Positions 24,920 to 37,364 of a stretch of 64,000 nt of DNA are shown in pieces. A model generated the notes under the pieces. That model was not told where the DNA came from. It saw only the letters and a list, made by a program, of their open reading frames with translations, and did not search any database. How positions within the stretch are numbered: the first letter of the stretch is position 1; each line of letters begins with the position of its first letter. The DNA is from Atractiella rhizophila (Eukaryota): NCBI GenBank assembly GCA_021432655.1, contig MU271213.1, forward strand, positions 1 to 64,000. Reading direction: 5' to 3'. A program made the position numbers and the translations under genes.

Positions 24920-27446
24920 TCAGTCTATGTGATCGACTTCTCCTTTGGAACTCAATCCGTCAGACTTCTCGTCTAACGATCTCAGATCACCGCGTTCTTC
25001 TTCCATTTGGACAACACCAAGGCCGGCAAAATGGCCCTCATCCTGGAATGTATAGCCTGAACCCATGACGGATAAATATCTTTGTCTGAGGTAGTGAGTG
25101 AGAATCGTACTTTGAAAGCGCCAGGGATGGACTTTGTTCGTAAATAAAACATCAAGTTTCTCCAAGCTAAGATTCTTCGTTTCCGGTAAGAAGAGCAAGA
25201 CGAAAACGAAAGTTATCAGGTTACTAGTTCCCCAAATGTAACCTAGAGAGCATTGAGCAAGGATTTGGTTTCAACGTGTGTGAGTAATTACCGATCTTCG
25301 GTCCCCAGTTCAGCTCTGATTCCCCAATGAAGTAAGGGGTGGTGAATGTCGTAAGCCATGCTCCAACAAAACCTGGAACATTCGCGGTCTAGAGAGGTCT
25401 TCTCGAAAAGCACGCAGCGGCAACTCACCAACTGACATCCCCACTCCAAACGTCCAGCTCCGCAACCGATTACTACTCATCTCTCCTGCCGCAACCTTTT
25501 CATGACATACGTAAGTGCTTCCAGTGGTACCTAAGCACCTACCCATGCGAGGGGCCCGATGGTGCATGAATACGTGAACCCTTCAATACATAGACAAGCT
25601 GTTGGTTTGAGCGAGCATCGCCTGAGCAAACTAGATCACTGAACGAACGCGGCGACTCACCGACCATCGCTCTTCCAACTGCTTGATTTGTGTCTGGAGC
25701 CACGGTGTACAAAATCGCTACTGTATACATTGTAAACTTGATCAATGTCAGTGTAGTCCACTTTGGTGAAGGAGAGAGAAGAGCTTACAACCCCTACACC
25801 GAAGCCTGTCGAAAGCAAGAGCCTTCTGCCAAGCCACCTTGCCAGGAAAACACTGATCAATGCTCCGACAGAGTTGAGAGTTCTGTTGAGCAGTAACGTT
25901 TATAACGTTATCTCGAAAGTGTAGCCAAAAGTCTTACTGTAGCTGAAAAGGCAAATGTAAGTTTCGGGAGACGCGTGGTTAGAGGAAGGACTGACTATAA
26001 TGGTGTCCACAAAAGGATCTTTCTCTCCAGCCTGTGTCCATCTGTTAAATGACGTCGAAGAGCGGTGAAGAAGAGACACTGACAACTTGGAAGAAGAAGG
26101 TTGCATATCTGTCAATTCCGTTTGAACGGTGTTGTCTCAATAAAGTATAAACACGCGTACCCGACCAAAAAATTTAGCCCGCTAGCAGCATGAAACAAGC
26201 CACAAGCAATCGTCAGAAGAGTTCGTCTCCTATCCGTTCCTTGAGCCAACGATTGTAAGTTTCAGTCATGAATAGGGAGAGGAACGTACCTCTGAACATG
26301 TCCCTCCAATCCGTTCCTTCTGCCAGTTCCTTTTCCACCTTTACAGCCTCTTCGATAAACTGCATTTCCTTCTCAATTCGTGGGTCGTCTATGCTAAGAT
26401 TCCTCAATCGTGATAAGGAGCGCCGTGCTTCCTCATTCCTATCCTGAACGACAAGCCAACGGGGTCTTATGATCGAATCAGTCATATTCTTTATGCTGTG
26501 GAATGAATGGAGAACGTACGATTCGGGAATGAAGAATACGAAGATAAAGAGCCAAACGGGGACGGCGTATAACAAGGCGAGAGCAATGCGATACGACGCT
26601 TTACCCAGATTTTTCTTTAAGGAGTTCGAGATGATAGCTCCAATGAGACCGCCAATACCTTGCAAGTCGCATTACATACCGCCTGAAAGGAGATGGACCG
26701 GAGACGCACTAGTGTAAGGCTGGTAGATGGATACAAAAGCCCCTCTGAGTTTAGGAGGCGAGATCTCCGAGATGTAAAGCACGATGATGTTTACCTGTTA
26801 CTTTGTCCTCAGAGACTAAATTTGATCTTTCGGTCGAAGGAGCTCACGTAAATTCCGTTTGCTATGCCTATGTGTATCGGGTCAGTGTTATAGCGATATC
26901 CTGATGAAATTGAAAAGGAACTCATACCAATCAATAACCTTGCAACGTAAAGAGGAGGTTTGGTCGTCACAAATATTTGAATGGTCAAAGCGATGCAAGA
27001 AATGACACCGGCGAGTTGAACTGCTTGTCTTCGACCCATGAATTTGGAGAGAGGACCAAGGATGGCCGACGCGACGATGAGTCCAACTTGGAGGAGGGAC
27101 GTGATTAATTGCTATAGACAGTTATTAGCTCTATGAAGTTACGGTAATAGATATCAAGGGAAACAAGACTTCACCTGAGTTTGAGTCTCAATTGTCCAAC
27201 CTCCTCCCGGTTTTTGAACGCCAAAAACACGCAGGAATCCTTCCATAGCTTGGAAACTGTTGAGGAGGCCTGTATCCAGTCCATACTGAAACGCACTGAA
27301 TCAGAATTATCAGTTAAACAATGAAAAGAGAGGTATGTCGCGGCTTACCCGCTAGCAAGCAGAGTGCAAATCGTAAGACACTTGACAGACTCGCGAAGGG
27401 TCGGCCCATCTCCCGACCATGCTGTTCCCACTGGCGCGCCTGGCAT
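24920..27446 (-). CDS. MFS sugar porter (Sugar_tr; maltose permease-like), multi-exon
   Basis: FQYGLDTG, MGRRQAV, YISEISPPKLRGAFVSIYQ, PESPRWL, WLGRRLLL, FLPETKNLSLEKLD motifs; predicted start MPGAPVGTAW. Confidence 0.9.
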
Positions 27447-28809
27447 TTCCACACTTCCGTGCACGATAACCTAACTTTACAAGGAAGGAAAGGCTTGGGA
27501 AACCAATCAACCAAAACTGGCTTATAACGAGGTGAGAGTGACAAAACGCCTGAGTATTCTCCCCGCAATGACCTCGCTTGCAGCCTTATGTACCGCCAAA
27601 ACCCGGATTCCGAGATGTATATGGATCCTCTCGACGCCCTCATCTCCTCAGGAACAAGTAGATGGCCCAAAGGGCACTGCGGAGATGCCGTCCTTCGCTT
27701 CCAATTTGCGCAGAGGTGTGCCTACTAACGGCAGGAGGGAAGTGCGGGGACGTATCCTTAGGGAGTACCTCTTTGCCCTTCACCTCTCCAGTCTCCACAA
27801 CGCAGAAGAACAAAGAAAATGTTGCGCTATGTTTAGAACCATACTGGGATCCAGCGAAAGATTTTCCAGGTTTGGAACTGGTCATGAAAGAAAGGTTGAG
27901 GCTGGTGAAGTTCCCTTGTCGTAGTGAGGAAGACATTCTTTGAGGAGGAGGACCCATAATTGCATTCGTCGTGCAAAAGGGAACACAGATGCAACTATAA
28001 GGCTATCATACCCTGGTGCTTAGTTTAAACTAGAGCACGAGTTGCAATGAAAGCGCGCAAAGAGACAGATGGGGCAAGCAGAGATAAATTCTCACTCGTG
28101 CTCTTCCTCAGACTTGACACCGCGTTGGTGCAAGCAGCAGACACTGATTTATTCAGAGAATCTCACATTCTGTACCAAAGACTTGCACCACACTCATCAA
28201 ATTTAAACTTCTGCAATAAGTGTCCCGAAAGCCAAGTCCCAATCCACATCGTGGGCAATGACTATCCCACACTATGCCCGTAGTCTGATCTGCATCTTGG
28301 AAGGCACTTCAATCGTGTTACTTTTCTCTCAAGTAGCGCCTGCTTCTGTCACAAGCTGTTCAGCGTTCATCTGGCAAGAATGGAGGGTACTGGGGAGTGG
28401 ATACATTAAGTGTAGCGAAACGAACGAGTTCGTGACCCGGAGGTGTCTGTGATTAAGGTAGTCAAAGGGAGATGCATTGGGAGATGCAGTGAGTTTTCAT
28501 GTGCGATTCTAAGCGCTTCATTGCCGTTATGGCAAACCGACGGTCGCAGCTCGCCTGCCACTGCCCTTCAACTCTTCGACGCTGAATGTGCAACATTTAA
28601 TGGCTGCATAACTCCTTCATGGGCGAAAAACCTACATGATGGCTTGCAGTATAATGTCGGGCAGCGTTCACATTGGATGATTAGAATCTGTACATCGTCC
28701 AATCTCGTTGCCCTGTGGGCTGATGGTTTCGTGGTACTGGTTCAACACCTGTGATGCGCGTGCGACGGCTGAAAGACTGGGATAACTGTTCCAACTGGCC
28801 ATAGTCCAT

Positions 28810-29596
28810 TGTTTATAATCTCCTTCATTTCTCCGTTCATCTTCTCAACCTCAATTGTAAGCCTTCCCAGCTCCTTCTTCTCCTCTGCGCTCAGCGTCTC
28901 CTTCATCGGAACTCTTAACTCCCTCTCCATCGAATCAATCTGGGTTTCATAAGCCAGCAAGTCCCTCTCCAAACTTCGAACCTGCAGTTCCGTCCTCTTG
29001 ATAGTCACTTCCAGGTTCTCTCGCTCTTCCTCCGCCCTCTTCTCCCCCAACACCAACTCATCCCTCTTACCCAAAATTCCGGCCAATTCCCTCTCCAGCT
29101 TCTCCTGCCGATTTTGAAGTGTGTTGATTTCTCCATTAAGCTTCCCAAGTTCGACGTCGATCTCCTTTGCCTTCAACCTCGCCGCATCCAAAGCGTTCTT
29201 CTCATGTTGTACACGTCTCACAGTCTGGAGCCTTGAACGGTTCGGGTCTTGATATCCTCCAGTGAGCGTTCCTTTCCGATCTACCCTGTCCCCGTCGAGG
29301 GTGATACCGTCAAGGTTGTGAGATCGCGTAAACTCAGCGGCTGTGGCCATGTTCTTGCAGATGATCGTCCTCCCAAAGATGTTTTCCATCGCGGGCGTGA
29401 CTGCAGGATCGAACTGGAGCTTCTTTATCCTTCATAACGGCGGATATTAGTACCAGAAGAAATATCGGATGAAGAACTTACATGGGCACAGCGTCGTCCC
29501 CGGATGGATATTTGTGTTGCCTCGTCCGCACTCGATTCAGAGGGATGAAAGTTAATCGTCCGCTTCGGTCTTGATTCATCTTGGTGAGATTTTTTT
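28810..29596 (-). pseudogene. SMC3: Orphan fragment of cohesin SMC3 (C-terminal half of hinge + coiled coil)
   Basis: GRLTFIPLNR, IFGRTIIC, GITLDGDRVDRKGTLTGGY followed by heptad coiled coil; one 52-nt intron (29430-29481); no ATPase head exons on either side. Confidence 0.8.
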
Positions 29597-30275
29597 CTGT
29601 GAAAGATGGTAATGTTAGCATCTATTCGAACGGGATATTGCTCCTTCTATGGTCACCCCTTCAGTTTCTGCGATGTGTTTACGTATTATCCATCTTTGTC
29701 ATCTCCACCAGTCTCAGCTAGAGGTACCTGTTTACCTACTTCAATCCACCTCAATAGGACTGTCTGAGGAACAGCCTCCGGACGTTATTGGACAGGATCA
29801 GGGATGAGATCGATGAATGGGTGAGAGTAAACTACAAGGGAACTACGGAATTTGTTCCTGACCACATTGTCAATCCATTGTTCCAATTTCTTCGAAGCTT
29901 GATTGTCGCCATCTTGAGTTGATCTAGAATGCCATTCGTAATCTAGGCATGCTGCGAAGCAATCGGGTTGCTCTCATCGCTTCGTAAAGACGTTGTGGTC
30001 ATTGGTCATTGCAATTGAATATTGAATCATGAAATGTTCCCGTGGACAGCCGTGGATCCACCTGGACCACAACGGACCACAAACTGCTCGAGAACCGACG
30101 CCCAACGGACAAGATTGGCATCCGAACACCTCTTATTGTTGACCTACGCCGCGTGGCTCTTATAAGTCTTTTCCATGGATGGGTCACTTCTTCGGATCTG
30201 TTTGTTCCCTCCTGCATACCCTTTAGTGCCTTTCGCCACTCTCGAAATTTGGGAGTCTGAGAAGGAAATGTGAAC

Positions 30276-31330
30276 ATGTCGACTGTAAATGATATCCCAA
30301 CGGTGATCCAACCCATTCCCTACACGCCTGAACTCGAGGTTCGTCCTCCCGTCAATCTCTGTCTTCGGATGCTACTGATGTTGGTGGCATTGTCTAGAGG
30401 GATCAAGTAGGTTGGCTTCTTCTTCTCACAGGACTAGCTCACCCTTGTGTATGAAGGTGTTCCCTCTTCTCATTGGGATCTACTTCTCCTTCACGTACGC
30501 CCTTTCTTCTCCATCCGCACAAGATCGTTCATTTTAGCTTTCTGCCTTGAAGGCTCTTTGGTGCGCTTCTGAGTCTGCTGTATCACATTCTTGGAAGATG
30601 TGACTTGACCAAACCGAACCAGGAATCAGCCTCCTTCAAGCGTACTCCTGCTATAGGCTAGTTTCTTTCGTCCGTCACTGAACTTTCGGGAGAATAACAA
30701 GAGATTTCACAGGCTGCTGGGTCGCCTCTCTTTGTCCACGTCCAAATTGGACTACTTCATCCTGTTCAGCTTCCTCACGCTCGACTTCGCAGACCAAATA
30801 GCAAAAGGTCAATACTTCTCTGACCTCATCATGAATGTAGCCACCATCGGCCTTGCAGCTGCTTATGTCCCTGTCCGTCCCCCTCCCTCGTCTTGTCCTT
30901 CCGTTTTGTTGTTCTGTTGCTGATGGGAGGATCATAGGGCCCAAGAGCTTTGATGGCAGTGGCAGTATTCGGTCTGTTCCTCCTTAACAGTTGCTGTAGT
31001 TAGAATGAAAGAGCTCATGGGTGATGAAAGGTGGACTTGTCCCGCTGGCGGTTCATCTCTATTATATGAAGCGAATCTACGGCCTCTCTCGAAATTGGTC
31101 TTTACGAGCTCGCATTTGCCTTTACGGTCTTCTCGGAGTCTGCCTTCTCATCAGTTTACAAGCGGTAATTATCCCTATGCCGTCTGCTAACTGGTGCCAT
31201 CCTCAAGGTTGATGAATAGGTGGTTTTTGCTATCATATCGGGAAGGGTAGGGCTAAGGAAGCCGATCGAGTACCCACGCGACTTGAAACGGTAGCTTATG
31301 ATCGTTCCTAGTGCCCCCATGAGCTCATGA
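30276..31330 (+). CDS. Hypothetical multi-exon hydrophobic membrane protein (possibly a pseudogene)
   Basis: TATA at ~30161, ATG at 30276, short hydrophobic exons bounded by GT/AG; frame continuity not confirmed. Confidence 0.35.
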
Positions 31331-32371
31331 TCCTGGCTTTAGGGGAATTCCCATCCCTTGGCTCGCCGGTTCGTCTCCTCAATCCTTTGTGCAAATGTTG
31401 ATAGATCGCGAATCATTCTTAGGAGATGCTCTCGTCGATGTTGTCCTTTGCGCGTCCGTCGACTTCTTCATCTCTTGACATGAAACTAACAAACACGCGG
31501 TCCACAAAGAATCATGTCCATCTACCTCTTGTCTCAGAGAGCTGAAATCAAAGATAGTGTGCGTCTCATCCATCTAGCCTACCTCGACCTCTGCAACTGA
31601 CATCTGATAGAATGATGTCATCTACCGCGTTCGTTTTCCATCCTTTTTGCACCTCCATCGATTCGTGGCTGAGTGAGCGAAATGAAAGCTGCTTGCGCTT
31701 ACGGTAGAAACTGGATTGTTCCCAGCTGCTATCGCCCTCCTAGATCTGGGTCTTGCCATCGCTCACCCCGTACTCCTCCTTCTATGTCCCACCGCAACTG
31801 AACTGACAGGGGACGCAGCTGAAACCGTGGCATTTTTCTCCAAACTTCATCTTAGGCAAGGCTTACATCAATTCCGTTCGTTCTTCACCATTCGTCACTT
31901 TTATTTCTGGTTTAACTCTTGTGTCAATCACAGGCACTCTTCCTCTTCCGCACAACGCTTGAGAATCGAGCCAAATCTTCTGGCAAGTCTTCTTCCACTC
32001 CAATGAGCACACGTCGTGGTGGAAGGAGCTTCAACATCTTCTCTCGGAGGAACCATTCGGAGAGCGGAGGGAGTACTGTATGTCGCCCATCCCTCCTGAA
32101 ACTTCAACGAGTAGGTTGAATCATCTGGATGATAGTCTGCACCGACACATGCCCCAGTTGACGAGATTGTGATTGACATCGACCCGCCGGCGAGGGAGAA
32201 GTTGAGGAGGATGCAGAGCGATTTGGCGCTTGGACATGTTTTCTAAGGTGGTTCTAAAGGTCTAGGTCATGCCCTGTTTGTATCACTTTTCTTGGTCGTG
32301 ATTTCATTGTTTACGCTGGTGGTCGTCGTGAATCCGTCAATTGTACCTATGTACTATGTAACTCAACATAT

Positions 32372-34125
32372 TTAGCCGCCAGAAGACCGGTTTGGACTTT
32401 CTCGTGTCGTGATGAGAGTGAAGTCAGACATCCCAACCTGTCTTTCATCACTCCGGCCTAGTCCCCTCCCAAACTCCTGACTCTCATCGTCCTCCTGGAA
32501 ATCCTGATCTCCTCCTCCTCCCACTCTCCAAAGAATAAAATGATGCTTAAATTGCTCCCTCTTGTCCATTTCTCCTCTCCAGGTCTAAGTACCTCAGCCA
32601 CATCCCCTTCCTTTACTTTGCTCCCCACCTGTCCCCAAAGAACCACCGGATGAAGTCTGGGAAATCGAACCAGTCGACCAAACAGTACCGAAGGTCTACT
32701 CGCTCTATCGCTTTTGCATTCTTGAGAGGGCCAAAGAAGTGGTGAGAAACGAGGTTGGAAGTTTCCTCGCCGCCATCAAGGAAGAGAGAGGTCAGTTGTT
32801 TGAGATGCGATAAGTCAAGCGGAGCGAGGAGGATGGAAGCCTGTCCATCTGTAGAGAACGGCGCTAGCTTGAGCAGGAGATGCTCGAGAAGAGATGGCAG
32901 AGGGGAAAGAAAGAGGGAGGGAGGGAGCGGACATAGATTAGTGAGAGTCAGATCCAAGAGAGTGCATGGAAGTGAGAGAGTTGAGAGGGGTGGGTATGTT
33001 TGAAGCGCAAGGGATATGAATCCAAGGTGTGAGATACAGTGGTCAACCGGCTCACATGCGGCAATACCTTCCTATTCTGGAAGCGGCTCCTGCCTAACCT
33101 GGAAGTGACATGACCACTGTATACCTCACAACTCCCCCGTCTCTTTACACCTCTCCTGTCGGCTCCAAGCGCGTACAATCGATCGGGAGAAGAAGGGAAG
33201 ATAACCGCATGGTATCTTAGCCTTATCCAGAAGCTGGAAGGCAAGATCCGTCGAATCCCTAGTGAGCCTCGTTTGATTCCCTTCAGCTTCCTCTTCGTTC
33301 CATGCTTTCAGATTATTCTATATTTCTATCTACTTATGTATTACGGGTTTTCCCACGATGTTGTTTGATCTTATCCGATTCATTGGCCTATAAAAGAGGC
33401 CTCACTTGTTAATGTAAATTCATCTTATTCCTCATTATCTTACTTCGCACTCATAGCAGAAAGCGCGGTAAGAATCGAGGTAAGTTCCCCGGGCCGTAGA
33501 AGCGCCCCTGTAAGATCCATTGTCTTATTTCTGAGACCAAATAGCTTGATAAGCGGCCCTACACTTCAGCATAAGCTGGTTCCTGTCTCTCCTTTCGTTT
33601 AAGCTCTCATTCATTGATTGAGCATCCTAGTTCTCGCTCTAATCGAGCTAAAGGAACTCGCTTTTGCAGTAGAGTCTCACACAAGGGGTACTTGAAGACC
33701 TGCTGATGCCAACGGGATAGAGGAGGAAAAGGACAAGTCATTCACTTCGCGAGCAGTGAGGCGCTTGAGCCTCCCACTCATCCTCCGCATAAAATCCTCC
33801 ACCTCCGCTTTCTCCCATTTTCTCAAACCCATATCTCCAAAGGTTACCTCCTCCAATCCCGTTAAGCCTTCAATTGCTTTCAACTCCCCTCTGCGTCCCA
33901 CGCCACAAACCACCACCGCGGCGGCTTGCAACCATCATATCATCAGCACCACCTTTTTCAAGAACACTGCATCAGTATCCGCATCGGCAACAACCCTCAC
34001 GTTTCAGCGAAATGGCAACTGAGGTAAGTCTTTCCCTTGTTCTCTTCGCTGTCTAAATGAGGCTTCTTTGCAAAGTCATATCGTGAATCGGCTACCTACT
34101 CTGCCCCACTCTCTCTTCAGGGTAC
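32372..34125 (-). pseudogene. F-box/LRR-family pseudogene split by a solo LTR
   Basis: LRR-like stretches (LTGLEEVTF, LKRLTA, LKQLTSLFL); removing the LTR and one TSD rejoins the frame as ...AGLQVPLGFISLALQTYPP...; additional stops elsewhere. Confidence 0.7.
33028..33681. mobile_element. Solo LTR, 654 bp
   Basis: Termini TGTGAGA...TCTCACA; 5-bp TSD CAAGG at 33023-33027 and 33682-33686; internal CTATAAAAG at ~33388. Confidence 0.9.
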
Positions 34126-34126
34126 G

Positions 34127-34596
34127 ATGCAAGGACATCCCTATCCCACGTACATCCCCCCTGAACATCCAGTTGGATATGCTTCGACAAACTACACCTT
34201 CGCCGCCTACCCCTTTTCACACCCACGCTCACCTTCCTCCGCCTCTACCCCATATTACGATGCCCCATCCTCGGCTCCCTATTACGAAATCTCCACGCCG
34301 TACGAAACTCCAGACCCTGGGCCAACGTCGTTCTTTGAGCAGGAAGAAAAGTCAATCCTTCTTCCCAGGCCGCCGCTTACGAGGTAATAGAAGAAGAAGA
34401 AGAAGCAAGATGAGAAGAGCGGGAACCACTGAACTCGTTCTTCTTGTTCAAGAAGCATCTCATGGACGGTGGATTCGCAGAGAAGAACAAGGCGAAGCTG
34501 CTGACTTCCAACGGCCAAGTTGATCAAGCTCGCGTAAGTCAGGTGGTAGGCAAGATATGGGAGAAGATGTCAGCATCAGCAAAGGCGGCTTGAGCA
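34127..34596 (+). pseudogene. Truncated HMG-box transcription factor copy (N-terminal part)
   Basis: MQGHPYP... start; near-identical to the reverse complement of 38064-38426; stops TAA TAG at 34385-34390, a 1-nt deletion, and TGG>TGA at 34591. Confidence 0.85.
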
Positions 34597-34599
34597 TTC

Positions 34600-36530
34600 C
34601 CGCGAGCAAAGCGCGTCCTGAGTGCATGAAGTTGATGCAATCACTTCGAGACGGGTCGCAGTGGTACACATCGCAAAATCAGGTGCGACCTCGCTTCGAC
34701 TGCTTGCTATTAGTTGACCTCTGGCGTAGCTCTTCCGCGCCATCCAAACCCTGCACATTGACCTTTCCTCCGTACGTTTCTCGTTCCAGGCGTCTCCTCT
34801 CCCTCAGGTCCCGGAATCTACCCCCGCACGAGCCCTTCACTGGCAAGTGTCGCAAGCTACCCACCTTCAAAATATTGAGATTACAATGGCCGAAGGGAGG
34901 GAGGCAGAACCAGGTCGGTGTGCATATGGAAAGTGGAAGTGGAACATTTCTTAGTGATGTACGGATAACGGGTGGTTGCGCGCTCCCCATCAAGGTCAAC
35001 AACCGTCGATTGACGTGAACTTCTGAGCAGGGACGGGTATGGTGCTCGGCAATGAACGTGCGCAAAGGATTCTCTCAAAGTAGAAGCATCCAAAAATTTG
35101 AGGTCTACAGAGTTTATCATCCGGAATGTGTCAATTTCCAATGCCATTAAGGGGATCGAGCAGCTATGGGACTGGTCTTTCAACTACATAGGACTAAGCA
35201 TCAATAACTGCCAAACAGGAGTGTACGCACACACCGGCTCCACGCTCGATATCCAGGTATGGCCATGCTCCTGACACGCTGTAATTGTTGTTCTAACCTG
35301 GTATAAAGACTACCCAGCAGACACTGGATGATGTGTGCTTTTCCCATTGCAGCTTCTCGTAATGAGGGATGTCTTTATAGTATGCCGGGTGTCGCATCAT
35401 TTACTTCGACGCAGGAATCTACCGAGTTCGTTGTTGTACCTCCGCCCCCCTAACTTTCCGATTCACTCAGCTACCACTAGATATCGGATACTCTTACTAT
35501 ACCTCCTTCTTCAATCATTGTCGGAGAAGCGTACCCTACCATCCAAGCCTTCGGTTCCAACTTCGCTGATTCACCCTTGCCACGCGTGGGTGTCCGAGTT
35601 GGAGCAGACGCGGACCACAGGAACGTAGAAATCAGTGGGATGCTGTTCAATGCGGCCGGTGGGAGTAAAGTCTGCCTCGATGCGGAAACCTAAACAGATC
35701 GCTGACGACAGTGCAGGTGCGATCATTGTCGAATGGAACCTCCACGAAGACACCTAAGGGTCAGCTGCTATGTGGAATTCGCATTTGCAACTTGGAGGCA
35801 CAAGGGACAGCAGTCTGACACTGGAAAAGTGCCCTACTACCAGTAGGGATGACAGATGCTGGGTTGCGAATTTGGGTCTACATCTTACGAAGAAGAGTGC
35901 CGCATATCTTGAGGTTCCTCTTCTTAACCAATTGGAGACAAAAGTTGATTAGAGCGTGATAGAATGTTTGGACTTGGACCTCGGTATACTCTCACCAGTC
36001 CTTTATCAATTTCAAGCAGTGCTGAGTACTACTTAGGATCACGATATCGACGCACAAGGACAAGACCAAATCAATGTGTTCTCTACTCGCGGAATGCTTG
36101 TTGAGTCCCAAGGTCCCCTATGGCTTTATGGAACAGGTGTGTTCCTACCTATTCAACTGCCCTTTCTGATCCCCAGCAGCCTCACGGTTTATACCGGTAT
36201 CTATTCGATGGAGCTCAAAACGTTTTTACCTATCTCATTCAGACGGAAACTCCGTACTATCAGCCAACTCCATCAACGGACTTCTTCCCGTCCTCTTCCT
36301 CGCTCCTCGATCCTTCAACCTACCCTTCTAATAACGGCTCTGCGTGGGCAATCTACGTCCGCAACTCCAAAGACGTGACAATCGCTGGAGCGGGATTGTA
36401 CTCATTCTTCTCCTCCTATAACCAGACCTGCATCGCTTCTTTCAGCTGCTAAGACGAAATAGTCATTTGTTGAAGGTTCAAAAGATATTAGAATTATAGG
36501 TCTGGCGGCAATAGGAGCGGAAGCATGATT
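34600..36530 (+). pseudogene. GH55 exo-beta-1,3-glucanase pseudogene
   Basis: QWYTSQNQ|LFRAI, LHWQVSQATHLQNI, HMESGSGTFLSD, YFDAGIY, YLENVWTWTSDHDID, RGMLVESQGPLWLYGT, IQTETPYYQP, GAGLYSFF; 5' truncated, apparent internal deletion, stops at 35755 and 36450. Confidence 0.88.
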
Positions 36531-37364
36531 AATGAAGGTGGAGAGAGCCTAGCGCGGGGGAGTTAGCACCGAACAGGGTTCGCGAGCTTGCTCAGCGTTT
36601 TCGACAGTCGGGGCTCTGACAGCGTTGAGGGAGACGGAGGACATGGTACGAATGGCAATCAATCTACTGCAAGCTTGCTTCTGATGCCTCAGTTTGAGAT
36701 GCTGTGGTTGGCCGTTGTAATGTTTTTGTTGCCTACAATCGCTAGATCCGTTAACTAGATAGTTCTTTGTCATTTGTATTGTACATTGCGTAACAAATCT
36801 TGAATACGATCTGCATAATTCCCAAGCACCCTTTAGCTTTCTTACGACATGGTACTTTGCCACTGAGATCCAACAACAGAGTATTTGTGCCCTCGCCTGG
36901 AAAGAGCCTTCGGGATGTTGGCTTGTCGAAGCATGTCGATGAGCATAAGAACGTTTCAATGCAAAGATCCTTTACAAGAAAAGCATGTAAACTACGGTTC
37001 ATAGCCCCTGTAATGAAGAAATAGCGAAGAGCAAGGGCATTGCTGATCTATGAAACGCCGCAGTAGTTCCGCTTCACACAGCGCATTTGGGAAAGGAAAG
37101 AAAAAGAAGACAATCCAGCATTTTCCCACGATGATAACTGAGGCGCATAATGTAGGTTTCGTGTTTGTTATTCTTGATACAGCACCTGAAGAGAATTATG
37201 GCTAGGTGCCGATGGGGCCCGAACGGAGGATGAGACGATGAAATTGGTAACGAACTTATGTCTAATGTTGGGTTGTAGAGGATGAGGCGGCATACTAGGT
37301 AACGGTGCGGTAAATGGCGGCGAGTGCAAACCCCTGGAAGCTTCCGGCGAAGGTTGGACAGATC

